This document shows, piece by piece, positions 39,884 through 49,244 of a DNA stretch of 64,000 nucleotides. The notes below the pieces were generated by a model that did not search any database, had not been told where the DNA came from, and saw nothing but the letters and a program-made list of their open reading frames with translations. Source of the stretch: an uncultured Clostridia bacterium (GTDB lineage Bacteria; Bacillota; Clostridia; UBA1381; UBA9506); the NCBI GenBank assembly GCA_934438075.1, contig CAKSBF010000006.1, positions 46,010 to 110,009 of the forward strand, read 5' to 3'. Every line of letters begins with the position of its first letter. Position 1 is the stretch's first letter. The translations under genes and the position numbers were made by a program.

Positions 39884-40868
39884 TTTCGTCACCTCTTTCC
39901 ACTGCCTCACCGGGTTCAATATCCTCCGTAGTGTAGTTTACAATCGGTGCACGGCTGCCGACCTCAGCCCCAGCCTGATACTCTCCGTAAAAGGTATCAA
40001 TATCCTTAATAAATTTGCGGTTTAAAAGATGCAGCGGAATGTGCTGCGGACAAACGCGCGAACATTCGCCGCAATCCGTACAACGCCCTACCACGTGAAA
40101 AGCACGGATAATATGAAACATTTTTTCCTCAAAAGAGTTTGCCGCCGCCTTATTTTCAACACCGGAATTTGGATTGTCAAACACACATTTTTCGCAGGTA
40201 CACGCCGGACAAACATCCCGACAGGCATTGCAGCGAATACAGCGCGAAAGCTCATTTTGCCAAAAAGCAAAGCGCTCATCGGGTGTCATTTTCTCCAATT
40301 TTTCCACTTCGTCAAACCTTGCGGAATCAAGTATCTCGCCGTCAGCACCCAAAAGCTCATCATAGACAACATGTTTTTTTGATTTACAATTGATGCATCT
40401 GTCCGGCAAGAGGGATGCACGTTCAAGCGCCAGAGTGCCATCATACAGAGTATCAACTGCAATTTTTTCGCCCTCTTCGCGAACGGCGGCAATGCCATCA
40501 GCACAATCTCTTATCTTTCCGGCGTCCAGCATACCGCTGCAGGGAACCCCTACTGCATAAACCTTTTCACGGTCAAAGCGATGCTCTGTGAGCAGCTGAT
40601 TAAAGCTGTAGGTATCGCACGGCTTTAAAAAAACAAGTACCTTGCTTTCACTTTTTGCTGTTTCCTTTATCAGATATTTTGAAAAGTTTGCACCACAGAA
40701 ATCATTCCAGACAAAGGACTTTTCCAGTTCTTCCACCGTACGAAAAACAGCCGGCGTCACGTCATAATCAAATTCTCCCGCTTTCCAGCCGAGAACACGG
40801 TCTGCCGCACCATTGCTAAGCAGCTCGCAAGCTTTTGAAACGAGAATTTCGCGTTTTATTTCTTGCAT
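39876..40868 (-). CDS. flxC: 4Fe-4S dicluster protein (FlxC-like)
   Basis: 330 aa with CIRCNACRDVCPACTC and CTDCGECSRVCP. Overlaps the flxD stop by 13 nt. Confidence 0.6.
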   Translation of the reverse strand: MQEIKREILVSKACELLSNGAADRVLGWKAGEFDYDVTPAVFRTVEELEKSFVWNDFCGANFSKYLIKETAKSESKVLVFLKPCDTYSFNQLLTEHRFDREKVYAVGVPCSGMLDAGKIRDCADGIAAVREEGEKIAVDTLYDGTLALERASLLPDRCINCKSKKHVVYDELLGADGEILDSARFDEVEKLEKMTPDERFAFWQNELSRCIRCNACRDVCPACTCEKCVFDNPNSGVENKAAANSFEEKMFHIIRAFHVVGRCTDCGECSRVCPQHIPLHLLNRKFIKDIDTFYGEYQAGAEVGSRAPIVNYTTEDIEPGEAVERGDENA

Positions 40869-41290
40869 CGCAAATCCTCCAATCTCTTATTTTCACCCAA
40901 CGCGGCAACCTTTTGTGCAAAATCGTTCATGGTTGCAGCAAACTTTGCTCCCTCAGCCGCACTGACCCATTCCACACGGGTACGTTCCTTTTCAATACCA
41001 AGGTAATCCAACATAGAAAACAGCAGCGCCATGCGGCGACGTGTATAATAATTTCCGGAGGTATAATGACAGTCACCCGGATGACAGCCGCAGATAATCA
41101 CTCCATCCGCACCGCGCTGAAACGCACGAAGAATAAACATCGGATTAACTCTGCACGAACAGGGCACGCGAATAATCTTTACATCTGCAGGATAATTTAA
41201 ACGGTTATTCCCTGCCAAATCAGCGCCGGCATAAGAACACCAATTACAGCAGAAAGCCACGATAAGCGGTTTATATTCTTTTATTTGCAT
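40856..41290 (-). CDS. flxD: MvhD-like hydrogenase iron-sulfur subunit (FlxD)
   Basis: Contains IVAFCCNWCSYAGADLAG...RVPCSCRVNP...CHPGDCHY, typical of MvhD. Start at the ATG at 41290 (GGAGG 10 nt upstream), overlapping the hdrA stop. Confidence 0.8.
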   Translation of the reverse strand: MQIKEYKPLIVAFCCNWCSYAGADLAGNNRLNYPADVKIIRVPCSCRVNPMFILRAFQRGADGVIICGCHPGDCHYTSGNYYTRRRMALLFSMLDYLGIEKERTRVEWVSAAEGAKFAATMNDFAQKVAALGENKRLEDLRCKK

Positions 41291-43275
41291 ATTGCATCTA
41301 CCTCCGCCATAATTTGTTTGCTTGTAAAGCCGCGTAAATCCATTGCGCCGGACATACAGGCCACTGTACAAGCGCCGCAGCCCTGACATACCGCTTCATT
41401 TACCACAGCAATACGGCGAAGCTTTGTCGTTCTGTCCGGCATTCTGAATTCTTTTTCCTGATAGCTGATCGCGCCGTAAGGACATACTTTTTCACAGGTG
41501 GAACAGCCGTTACACATCATTTCGTCCGAATGGGCAATACATGGGTTGCCTGTTAATTTATCCTTACAAAGCAGGCCAATCACCTTAGATGCAGCAGCAC
41601 CCGCCTGCGATACCGTTTCCGGAATATCCTTCGGACCCTGGCAGGCACCGGAAAGGAATACCCCGGCTGTCGGGCTTTCCACAGGTCGAAGTTTGGGATG
41701 TGCCTCGGTGAAAAAGTCGTTGGTATCCATACTGGCTGTCAACATGGTGGCCAAAGGTCTTGCAGATTTATCCGGTTCAATTGCAGCGGCAAGCACAACC
41801 AAATCAGCATCGATATGAAGCTGCTTACCGTCCAGTAAATCAGACGCCTGAACCTTCAGCGTGCCATTTTCCGGTGATACCTTTCCGACCATCCCCTTGA
41901 TATAATGCACGCCATATTCTTCTACTGCGCGGCGATAAAATTCATCAAAATTCTTACCCGGAGTACGAACATCAATATAAAAGACGTAAACATCAGTATC
42001 CGGATATTTATCACGAATCAGCATAGCATGCTTTGCCGTATACATACAGCAGATTTTTGAGCAATATTCCTTTCCCTTCTGCGCACAAGCTTCACAACGC
42101 GAGCCAACGCACTGCACAAAAACAATGGTGTGCGGATGCTCTCCGTCGGACGGACGAAGCAGCGTTCCACCCGTAGGTCCTGCCGCATTCATCAGACGCT
42201 CCAGTTCCAGCGAAGTAATAACATCCTTCGACTGCGAGTAAGCAAATTCATCAAACGGCTCCATAGAAATCGGATTAAATCCAGTCGCCGCAACAATCGC
42301 GCCATATTTTTCCTCAATAAATTCATCTTTGGCCTGATAATCAATCGCGCCGGCGCTGCACACCTTGGAGCAAACCCCGCATTTTCCCGTTTTCAGCATC
42401 ATACAATGATTTGGGTCAATAGTTGCCACCTTTGGCACTGCCTGCGCAAACGGAATATAAATTGCGCGGCGGTTATCCATCCCCAGGTTAAATTCATTCG
42501 GAATCTTCTTCTGCGGGCACTTTTCCGTACACAGTCCGCAGCCGGTGCAAATATCCTCTTTTACATATCTTGCCTTTTTCTTAATGGTTACATCAAAGTT
42601 GCCGACAAAACCTTTAATATCTGTTACCTCAGAATAAGAGAAAATACGAATTTTCTCATTTTGTGCCACATCCACCATTTTCGGCGTAAGGATACAGGCA
42701 GCACAATCCAAAGTCGGAAAGGTTTTATCCAGTTGAGCCATTTTTCCGCCGATAGTCGGTTTCGTCTCCACAATATCCACCGGAAATCCTGCGTCCGCAA
42801 TATCCAGCGCTGTCTGGATACCGGCAATCCCCCCGCCGATGACCAGTGCACGCTTGGTAACAGGACTTTCGCCCGGCGTAAGCGGTGCATTCAAATTTAC
42901 TTTTGCAACGGCTGCTTTGGCGAGAATAATCGCCTTTTCCGTACCAACCGGCATTTCCTTGTGCACCCAGGAGCATTGCTCCCGAATATTCGCAATTTCC
43001 ACCATATAAGGATTCAGCCCCGCAGCAGCAGCCGTTTTACGGAAGGTTGCCTCATGCATACGCGGCGAACAGGAACAGACCACTATTCCTGTCAGTTTGT
43101 GCTCTGCAACTGCCTCTTTAATCATATTTTGCCCTGCTTGAGAACACATATATTGATAATCGGTGGAGAATACAACACCCGGCTCATTTTTTAACGCTTC
43201 CGCCACCGCTGCCACATCTACCGTTCCGGCGATGTTGGTACCGCAGTGACAGACAAAAACTCCAATTCTCTGCAT
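41281..43275 (-). CDS. hdrA: Heterodisulfide reductase subunit A-like flavoprotein
   Basis: 664 aa with an N-terminal Cys cluster VFVCHCGTNIAG, the FAD fold VIGGGIAGIQTALD, inserted ferredoxin domains (CTGCGLCTEKCP, CGVCSKVC) and C-terminal CNGCSTCEKVCP/CQGCGACTVAC. No in-frame stop. Confidence 0.9.
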   Translation of the reverse strand: MQRIGVFVCHCGTNIAGTVDVAAVAEALKNEPGVVFSTDYQYMCSQAGQNMIKEAVAEHKLTGIVVCSCSPRMHEATFRKTAAAAGLNPYMVEIANIREQCSWVHKEMPVGTEKAIILAKAAVAKVNLNAPLTPGESPVTKRALVIGGGIAGIQTALDIADAGFPVDIVETKPTIGGKMAQLDKTFPTLDCAACILTPKMVDVAQNEKIRIFSYSEVTDIKGFVGNFDVTIKKKARYVKEDICTGCGLCTEKCPQKKIPNEFNLGMDNRRAIYIPFAQAVPKVATIDPNHCMMLKTGKCGVCSKVCSAGAIDYQAKDEFIEEKYGAIVAATGFNPISMEPFDEFAYSQSKDVITSLELERLMNAAGPTGGTLLRPSDGEHPHTIVFVQCVGSRCEACAQKGKEYCSKICCMYTAKHAMLIRDKYPDTDVYVFYIDVRTPGKNFDEFYRRAVEEYGVHYIKGMVGKVSPENGTLKVQASDLLDGKQLHIDADLVVLAAAIEPDKSARPLATMLTASMDTNDFFTEAHPKLRPVESPTAGVFLSGACQGPKDIPETVSQAGAAASKVIGLLCKDKLTGNPCIAHSDEMMCNGCSTCEKVCPYGAISYQEKEFRMPDRTTKLRRIAVVNEAVCQGCGACTVACMSGAMDLRGFTSKQIMAEVDAICK

Positions 43276-43292
43276 GGATTGCTTCTCCTTTC

Positions 43293-43685
43293 TTATTTCG
43301 AATACTTTCGCATAGCGCTCATAAGCGCCTGCTGCGGCAGTTCATCATCAATCAGCGCCGGAATATCATTTGCTGTCAAATGATTTGCGCCTTTTTGGCG
43401 AATCACGCAAAGTCTCAGCGCCTCCACCAGTTTTGCCGGCTCGACTCCTCTCGGACAACGATCCACGCACGCAAAACAGGAAAGACATTTGTATATAGAG
43501 TCGGACTTCATCAGTGCTTCCAGTTCACCGTTTTCCACCATGTAAACAAACTGATGCGGATGATATTCCATAGCATCATAGGAGGGACAAGTGCCCGAAC
43601 ATTTTCCGCAGCGCATACACTTGCGCGGATTTACGCCGCTCATGCGAAGAATCTGTTCCTTTTGCCGTTCATTTTTATTCAGCAT
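43293..43685 (-). CDS. hdrC: Heterodisulfide reductase subunit C-like
   Basis: 130 aa with CMRCGKCSGTCP and CLSCFACVDRCP. Confidence 0.85.
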   Translation of the reverse strand: MLNKNERQKEQILRMSGVNPRKCMRCGKCSGTCPSYDAMEYHPHQFVYMVENGELEALMKSDSIYKCLSCFACVDRCPRGVEPAKLVEALRLCVIRQKGANHLTANDIPALIDDELPQQALMSAMRKYSK

Positions 43686-44481
43686 GTGAATCCTCCTTTA
43701 CGCCAAATGCCTCAGCCAGTAGCTCCGTAAAATATACCACAGGCACGGAACTTTCGCCTCTTTCTAAATTATATTTGCACAGCGGACAGGCTGTCACAAT
43801 CATTTCTGCTCCAGCATTTGCTGCGCTGTCGCTGACTGCATTTGATTTTTTCTTTGCCAGCGCCGCGTCCTCCAACACTGCATAACCTCCGCAGCATTCG
43901 TTTCTCTGCGGATAAATAACAGGTTCAGCGCCGAGCGCTTCTATCAGTCTCTCCATTATACGCGGATTTTCCACATCATCAAAATTCATTACCTTGCCGG
44001 GTCGCAGAAGCATGCAGCCATAATACGCCGCAATTTTCCTGCCTGCAAGCGGCTTGACAACCGCTTCACGGATTTTATCAAAACCAACTTTCTGCTCCAG
44101 CAGTTCCAGATAGTGATAAACCTCCGTCTCGCCATGGTACGGCTCCGACGGTTCCTTGTCCTGCTGCATGTAAAGATTTACCTTCGCAGCAAAATTCTCC
44201 TCTGTCTGCATAGCATGATTGGTTTGTTTTATTACATTATGACAGGCTGAACATACCGTCACCAACGGCTGTCCGCAGGCTTTCGCAGCGGTAAGCGCAC
44301 GAACGCTTGAAAGCTTGGAGGCTATCTCGTCCTTTGCGCTGACAAAAACACCGCCGCAGCATTGCCAATTTTCAATTTCACAAAGCTCAACGCCGAGAAT
44401 CTCTGCACATTTACGCGCATAATAATCAAGCTTTTTTGCCTTGGTACGGAGGGTGCAGCCTGGAAAATAACTAACCTTCAT
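43675..44481 (-). CDS. hdrB: Heterodisulfide reductase subunit B-like (two CCG domains)
   Basis: 268 aa with two CCG signatures (WQCCGG...CSACHN and NECCGG...CPLCKYN). Confidence 0.85.
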   Translation of the reverse strand: MKVSYFPGCTLRTKAKKLDYYARKCAEILGVELCEIENWQCCGGVFVSAKDEIASKLSSVRALTAAKACGQPLVTVCSACHNVIKQTNHAMQTEENFAAKVNLYMQQDKEPSEPYHGETEVYHYLELLEQKVGFDKIREAVVKPLAGRKIAAYYGCMLLRPGKVMNFDDVENPRIMERLIEALGAEPVIYPQRNECCGGYAVLEDAALAKKKSNAVSDSAANAGAEMIVTACPLCKYNLERGESSVPVVYFTELLAEAFGVKEDSHAE

Positions 44482-44498
44482 TGTTTACCTCCCATACA

Positions 44499-45875
44499 TT
44501 AAACCATTTGTTCGGGGTGAAATACCTCATCAAATTTTTCCTCTGTTAAAAAGCCAAGTGCAACGCAGGCTTCTTTCAAGGATATATTATCTTTATATGC
44601 TTTCTTCGCTGTTTTTGCAGCGTTTTCATACCCGATATACGGATTCAGCGCTGTAACCAGCATGAGAGAATTGTGCAAGTTATGATACATTTTTTCTTTA
44701 TTCGCCGTAATGCCGACCGCACAGTTATTATTAAAAGAAACAATCGCTTCTGCCAGCAAGCGCGCCGACTGCAGGAAGTTATAAGCAGCCACAGGCATGA
44801 ACACATTTAATTCAAAATTCCCCTGAGACGCTGCCATACCGACTGCAACATCATTTCCCATAACCTGGACCGCAACCATGGTAACTGCCTCACACTGTGT
44901 CGGATTGACCTTGCCCGGCATAATAGAAGAACCCGGTTCATTCTCCGGAATATGAATCTCACCGAGGCCGTCACGCGGTCCGGATGCCAGCCAGCGAACA
45001 TCGTTAGCAATCTTCATCATGTCACAGGCTGTTGCTTTTATCGCCCCGTGCGCAAAGACAAGTTCGTCCTTCGAGGTGAGCGCATGAAATTTATTTTCCG
45101 CCGTAACAAAAGGCTTGCCGGTTAGCTCAGCTACCTTTGCCGCAACCAGCTCCGAAAAACCGGCAGGTGCATTCAACCCTGTGCCAACGGCTGTTCCGCC
45201 AAGCGCCAACTCATGCAACGGTTTTACAGCCAGCTTTAAAAGTTCTGCATCTCTTTCCAGACTGGAACGCCAACCGGAAATCTCCTGACTGAATTTAATC
45301 GGCGTTGCATCCTGCAAATGCGTACGTCCCGATTTGACAATTCCTTCATTCTCCTGCTCCAAACGCCGGAGGGTTGCAATCAGCATTTCAATTGCCGGAA
45401 GCAGTTTATCCTCAATAGCAACCACGGCCGAAATATGCATCGCCGTCGGGAAGGTATCATTGGAAGACTGGCTCATATTAATGTCATCATTCGGATGACA
45501 AAGTTTCTTATCAGCAAGCTGATTAGCACGGTTTGCAATTACTTCATTTGCATTCATGTTCGACTGCGTACCGGAGCCGGTTTGCCATACTACAAGCGGG
45601 AAATGTTCATTCAATTTTCCGGAAATAACCTCATCACAAGCAGCAGAAATCGCAGCAAGTTTCTCTGCCGTCATTTTCTCGGGTTTCAGCTCTGCATTGG
45701 CAAGAGCCGCCGCTTTTTTCAAGATTCCGAAAGCGTGCGTTATCTCCCTTGGCATCGTTTCAATATCTACGCCGATTTTAAAATTTTCACGGCTTCTTTG
45801 TGTCTGCGCTGCCCAAAGACGGTCCGCGCGGACTTTCATCTCACCCATGGAATCATGTTCTGTACGGTATTCCAT
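44499..45875 (-). CDS. fumC: Class II fumarate hydratase
   Basis: 458 aa with the signature GSSIMPGKVNPTQ. Confidence 0.95.
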   Translation of the reverse strand: MEYRTEHDSMGEMKVRADRLWAAQTQRSRENFKIGVDIETMPREITHAFGILKKAAALANAELKPEKMTAEKLAAISAACDEVISGKLNEHFPLVVWQTGSGTQSNMNANEVIANRANQLADKKLCHPNDDINMSQSSNDTFPTAMHISAVVAIEDKLLPAIEMLIATLRRLEQENEGIVKSGRTHLQDATPIKFSQEISGWRSSLERDAELLKLAVKPLHELALGGTAVGTGLNAPAGFSELVAAKVAELTGKPFVTAENKFHALTSKDELVFAHGAIKATACDMMKIANDVRWLASGPRDGLGEIHIPENEPGSSIMPGKVNPTQCEAVTMVAVQVMGNDVAVGMAASQGNFELNVFMPVAAYNFLQSARLLAEAIVSFNNNCAVGITANKEKMYHNLHNSLMLVTALNPYIGYENAAKTAKKAYKDNISLKEACVALGFLTEEKFDEVFHPEQMV

Positions 45876-45892
45876 TTCATTTCCACCTTCCC

Positions 45893-46837
45893 TTATATTT
45901 CAAGACTATTAATAACATCCTTCAGTGTATCTGCGCTATGGCGCAGTTTAGCAATTTCATCATCAGTCAGCGGAACATTGACCTTGCCGCGCACGCCATT
46001 ATGACCAATCATGTTCAGCGTGCTGAGACATACGTCCTTAATGCCATACTCACCGTGCATCATAGCCGAAACGGTCATCGTAGTGTCAATGCCGCTCAAA
46101 ATGCATTTGCATATGTGACAGACAGAAACCGAGACAGCATAAAAGGTCGCACCCTTGCGCGCAATAACCCTTCCGCCCGATTTTTTCACATATTGTTCAA
46201 TTTCCTCGAAATTTAATTCTGGACTCTCCAGTCCCGGTGTAATAATTAATTTACGGCATTCGTTGATCGGAACATTAGAAATGTTGGCAACAGACCACGG
46301 AATAAATGAAGAATCTCCATGTTCTCCAAATACATAAGCATGGACATTGCTTTGATTAATATTATAATACTCCGCCAATCTTGCACGCAGGCGCGATGTG
46401 TCCAAAATAGTGCCCGAACCGATAATACGATTTTCCGGAATGCCCGATAATTTGATGAAGGTGTAGGTCAGAATATCAACCGGATTACTGACGATGATAT
46501 ACACGGCATCCGGAGCATATTTGGTGATTTCGGGAATAATCGTTTTGGTGATATTCACGTTTGTCTGCGCAAGCTCCAGTCTGGTTTGACCCGCTTTTCT
46601 GGCGATACCCGAGGTCAGGATAACGATGTCAGAATTAACGGCATCGCGATAATCACCTGCATAAACAGAACATGCCCCGCAAAACGGAGTACCCTGTCTG
46701 ATATCAAGCGCTTCGCCGAGCGCCTTCTCATTGTTGATATCAATCATAACAATTTCTGACGCTATGCCCATCACAGTCAGTGTGTAAGCAATCGTGGAGC
46801 CGACGCTGCCGGTTCCGATAATGGATATTTTGTTCAT
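45893..46837 (-). CDS. mdh: LDH-family 2-hydroxyacid dehydrogenase, predicted malate dehydrogenase
   Basis: 314 aa with GTGSVGS NAD fold, catalytic GEHGDS and DTSRLR. The specificity loop SGIARKAGQTR carries Arg where lactate dehydrogenases have Gln. Confidence 0.75.
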   Translation of the reverse strand: MNKISIIGTGSVGSTIAYTLTVMGIASEIVMIDINNEKALGEALDIRQGTPFCGACSVYAGDYRDAVNSDIVILTSGIARKAGQTRLELAQTNVNITKTIIPEITKYAPDAVYIIVSNPVDILTYTFIKLSGIPENRIIGSGTILDTSRLRARLAEYYNINQSNVHAYVFGEHGDSSFIPWSVANISNVPINECRKLIITPGLESPELNFEEIEQYVKKSGGRVIARKGATFYAVSVSVCHICKCILSGIDTTMTVSAMMHGEYGIKDVCLSTLNMIGHNGVRGKVNVPLTDDEIAKLRHSADTLKDVINSLEI

Positions 46838-47057
46838 AATGCACCTCTCATTTCAACATTGTCTGCTATATTGTATCATCCTTCGAGTAAAATAGGAATT
46901 GTCAAATCTGTATAGCCATAAGATAATTGACGATATAAGTCCTCATAATGTTTCCGCGTTGCAGAAATCATCATAAATGACTGTGTTATAAAAACACCCT
47001 TCCCCGTCAAGCATATCGAAACCCCATTATTACTCTATTTTATTATAGCTTAATGCT

Positions 47058-47086
47058 ATTATACTACTTTGTTAAAAAAAAATCAA
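47058..47086 (-). promoter_or_regulatory. Candidate sigma-70 promoter of the mdh operon
   Basis: Minus strand reads TTGATT, a 17-nt spacer, then TATAAT. This implies a leader of roughly 210 nt before the mdh ATG. Confidence 0.4.
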
Positions 47087-47154
47087 TGTGCGTTTTAGAC
47101 AAAATTCGTCTTAATATGACAACAAATATTTCCGTTATTTGTCTTTCTGCATAA

Positions 47155-47240
47155 AATAAAAACAAAGCGCGCCAATAAAGTGCTCGTCATCCAGCGTTTT
47201 ATTAGCGCACAAAAGAGGCTGCAGCAAAAGCCACAGCCTC
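47155..47240 (-). terminator. Tandem Rho-independent terminator hairpins after pckA
   Basis: First hairpin GAGGCTGTGGC-TTTT-GCTGCAGCCTC plus TTTTGTG. Second hairpin is an 11-bp stem GCGCTAATAAA/TTTATTGGCGC followed by GCTTTGTTTTTATTTT. Confidence 0.7.
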
Positions 47241-47275
47241 AAACAGTTTTTCTTTATTATTGTTATTAAAGGAAA

Positions 47276-48883
47276 TTATTTACGCGGACCGGCAGAAACC
47301 AAAGCCTTACCTGCCGCATTTCCCTCATACTTTGCAAAGTTTTTGATGAATCTGTCTGCCAAATCCTTTGCCTTTGCCTCCCATTCGGAAGCGTCTGCAT
47401 AAGTATCACGCGGATCCAAAATGCCCGCATCAACACCCGGCAGTTCTGTCGGAACCTCGAAATCAAAATACGGAATCTTTTTAGTCGGTGCATTTGCAAT
47501 GTCACCGTTTAAGATAGCATCAATAATTCCACGCGTGTCACGGATGGAAATACGCTTTCCAGTACCGTTCCAGCCCGTGTTAACCAAATAAGCCTTTGCA
47601 CCGCTCTTCTGCATCTTTTTCACAAGCTCTTCTGCATATTTAGTCGGGTGCAGTTCCAAAAATGCCTGACCAAAGCAAGCTGAGAAGGTCGGCGTTGGTT
47701 CAGTAATGCCGCGCTCGGTACCTGCAAGTTTTGCTGTAAAACCGGACAGGAAATAGTACTGAGTTTGTTCCGGAGTCAAAATAGATACCGGAGGAAGTAC
47801 GCCGAAAGCATCGGCAGACAAGAAGATAACGTTCTTCGCATCAGGCGCTGCCGAAACCGGACGAACAATATTCTTAATATGATTAATCGGGTAAGATACA
47901 CGTGTATTTTCTGTGACGCTCTTATCGTCAAAATCAATTTTACCGTTTTCGTCAAGCGTTACATTTTCAAGCAGTGCATCACGCTTAATAGCATTATAAA
48001 TATCAGGCTCAGACTCTTTGTCCAGGTTAATAACCTTTGCATAGCAGCCACCCTCAAAGTTAAATACACCGTTGTCATCCCAACCGTGTTCATCATCGCC
48101 GATGAGCAAACGCTTCGGATCTGTAGACAGAGTGGTTTTACCCGTTCCGGAAAGGCCAAAGAAAATAGCCGTATTTTTGCCGTCCATATCAGTATTTGCA
48201 GAACAATGCATAGAAGCAATGCCCTTCAGCGGCAGGTAGTAGTTCATCATGGAGAACATACCTTTTTTCATTTCTCCGCCATACCAAGTATTTACAATAA
48301 CCTGCTCACGGCTGGTGATGTTAAACATAACCGCTGTCTCAGAATTAAGTCCCAGCTCTTTATAATTTTCAACCTTTGCCTTGGAAGCGTTATACACAAC
48401 AAAATCAGGCTCAAAGTTTTCCAGTTCTTCTGCGGTCGGCTGAATAAACATATTGGTAACAAAATGTGCCTGCCAAGCAACCTCAACGATAAAGCGGATT
48501 GCCATACGGGTATCCTTATTGGTTCCGCAGAACGCATCAACAACAAACAATCTCTTGTTAGACAGTTCTTTCAGAGCAATATCTTTTACTGCATTCCATG
48601 CCTTTTCAGATGCAGGATGGTTATCATTTTTATATTCATCCGAAGTCCACCATACAGTATCTTTTGAGTTTTCATCCTCCACAATAAATTTGTCCTTAGG
48701 AGAACGTCCTGTATAAACGCCTGTCATGACGTTAACAGCACCCAGTTCACTTACCTGACCTTTTTCAAAACCCTCCAGACCCGGTTTGGTTTCTTCTTCA
48801 AACAGCATGTCGTAAGACGGATTGTGCACAATCTCCGTTGTTCCGGCAATGCCATACTTTGTTAAATCGATTTTACTCATCAC
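47276..48883 (-). CDS. pckA: Phosphoenolpyruvate carboxykinase (ATP)
   Basis: 535 aa with the kinase-1a loop [13 protein letters not shown]. Length and N-terminus are typical of ATP-dependent PckA. Confidence 0.95.
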   Translation of the reverse strand: MMSKIDLTKYGIAGTTEIVHNPSYDMLFEEETKPGLEGFEKGQVSELGAVNVMTGVYTGRSPKDKFIVEDENSKDTVWWTSDEYKNDNHPASEKAWNAVKDIALKELSNKRLFVVDAFCGTNKDTRMAIRFIVEVAWQAHFVTNMFIQPTAEELENFEPDFVVYNASKAKVENYKELGLNSETAVMFNITSREQVIVNTWYGGEMKKGMFSMMNYYLPLKGIASMHCSANTDMDGKNTAIFFGLSGTGKTTLSTDPKRLLIGDDEHGWDDNGVFNFEGGCYAKVINLDKESEPDIYNAIKRDALLENVTLDENGKIDFDDKSVTENTRVSYPINHIKNIVRPVSAAPDAKNVIFLSADAFGVLPPVSILTPEQTQYYFLSGFTAKLAGTERGITEPTPTFSACFGQAFLELHPTKYAEELVKKMQKSGAKAYLVNTGWNGTGKRISIRDTRGIIDAILNGDIANAPTKKIPYFDFEVPTELPGVDAGILDPRDTYADASEWEAKAKDLADRFIKNFAKYEGNAAGKALVSAGPRK

Positions 48884-49244
48884 ACACTACCTCTTTTCTT
48901 TACTTTTACCTCATTGCAACCCAATATTAAAAAATAATGAATCAGCAATTTTCGATTTGTATTCTATTATAATTAATTTTTCTGCAAAAATCAATAGATT
49001 TCACATTAATTTCTTAAAATGTTAAAAATTTGACTATATTTTATAGAGATATCCAAAAATAAAAATTCTCTTCATTTTCTCAATTTTCGCCTTTTAGTAT
49101 CATTTGTTGTTTTATTGCGGAATATGTATCAAACTTTTCACCACAGATTAATAATATAAAAGCTTTAACTAAAAGGAACTTTTTTCCTTGCCTACCGTCT
49201 ATAGCAATGAGGACCTCAAAAAATAAAAAAGAAGGATGATTAAA

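Noticed and set aside
41281-43275. Possible selenocysteine (in-frame TGA) in HdrA, as in some Hdr/Mvh systems
   Set aside because: The 664-aa ORF is uninterrupted and Cys occupies the cluster positions. No in-frame TGA or split ORF is seen.
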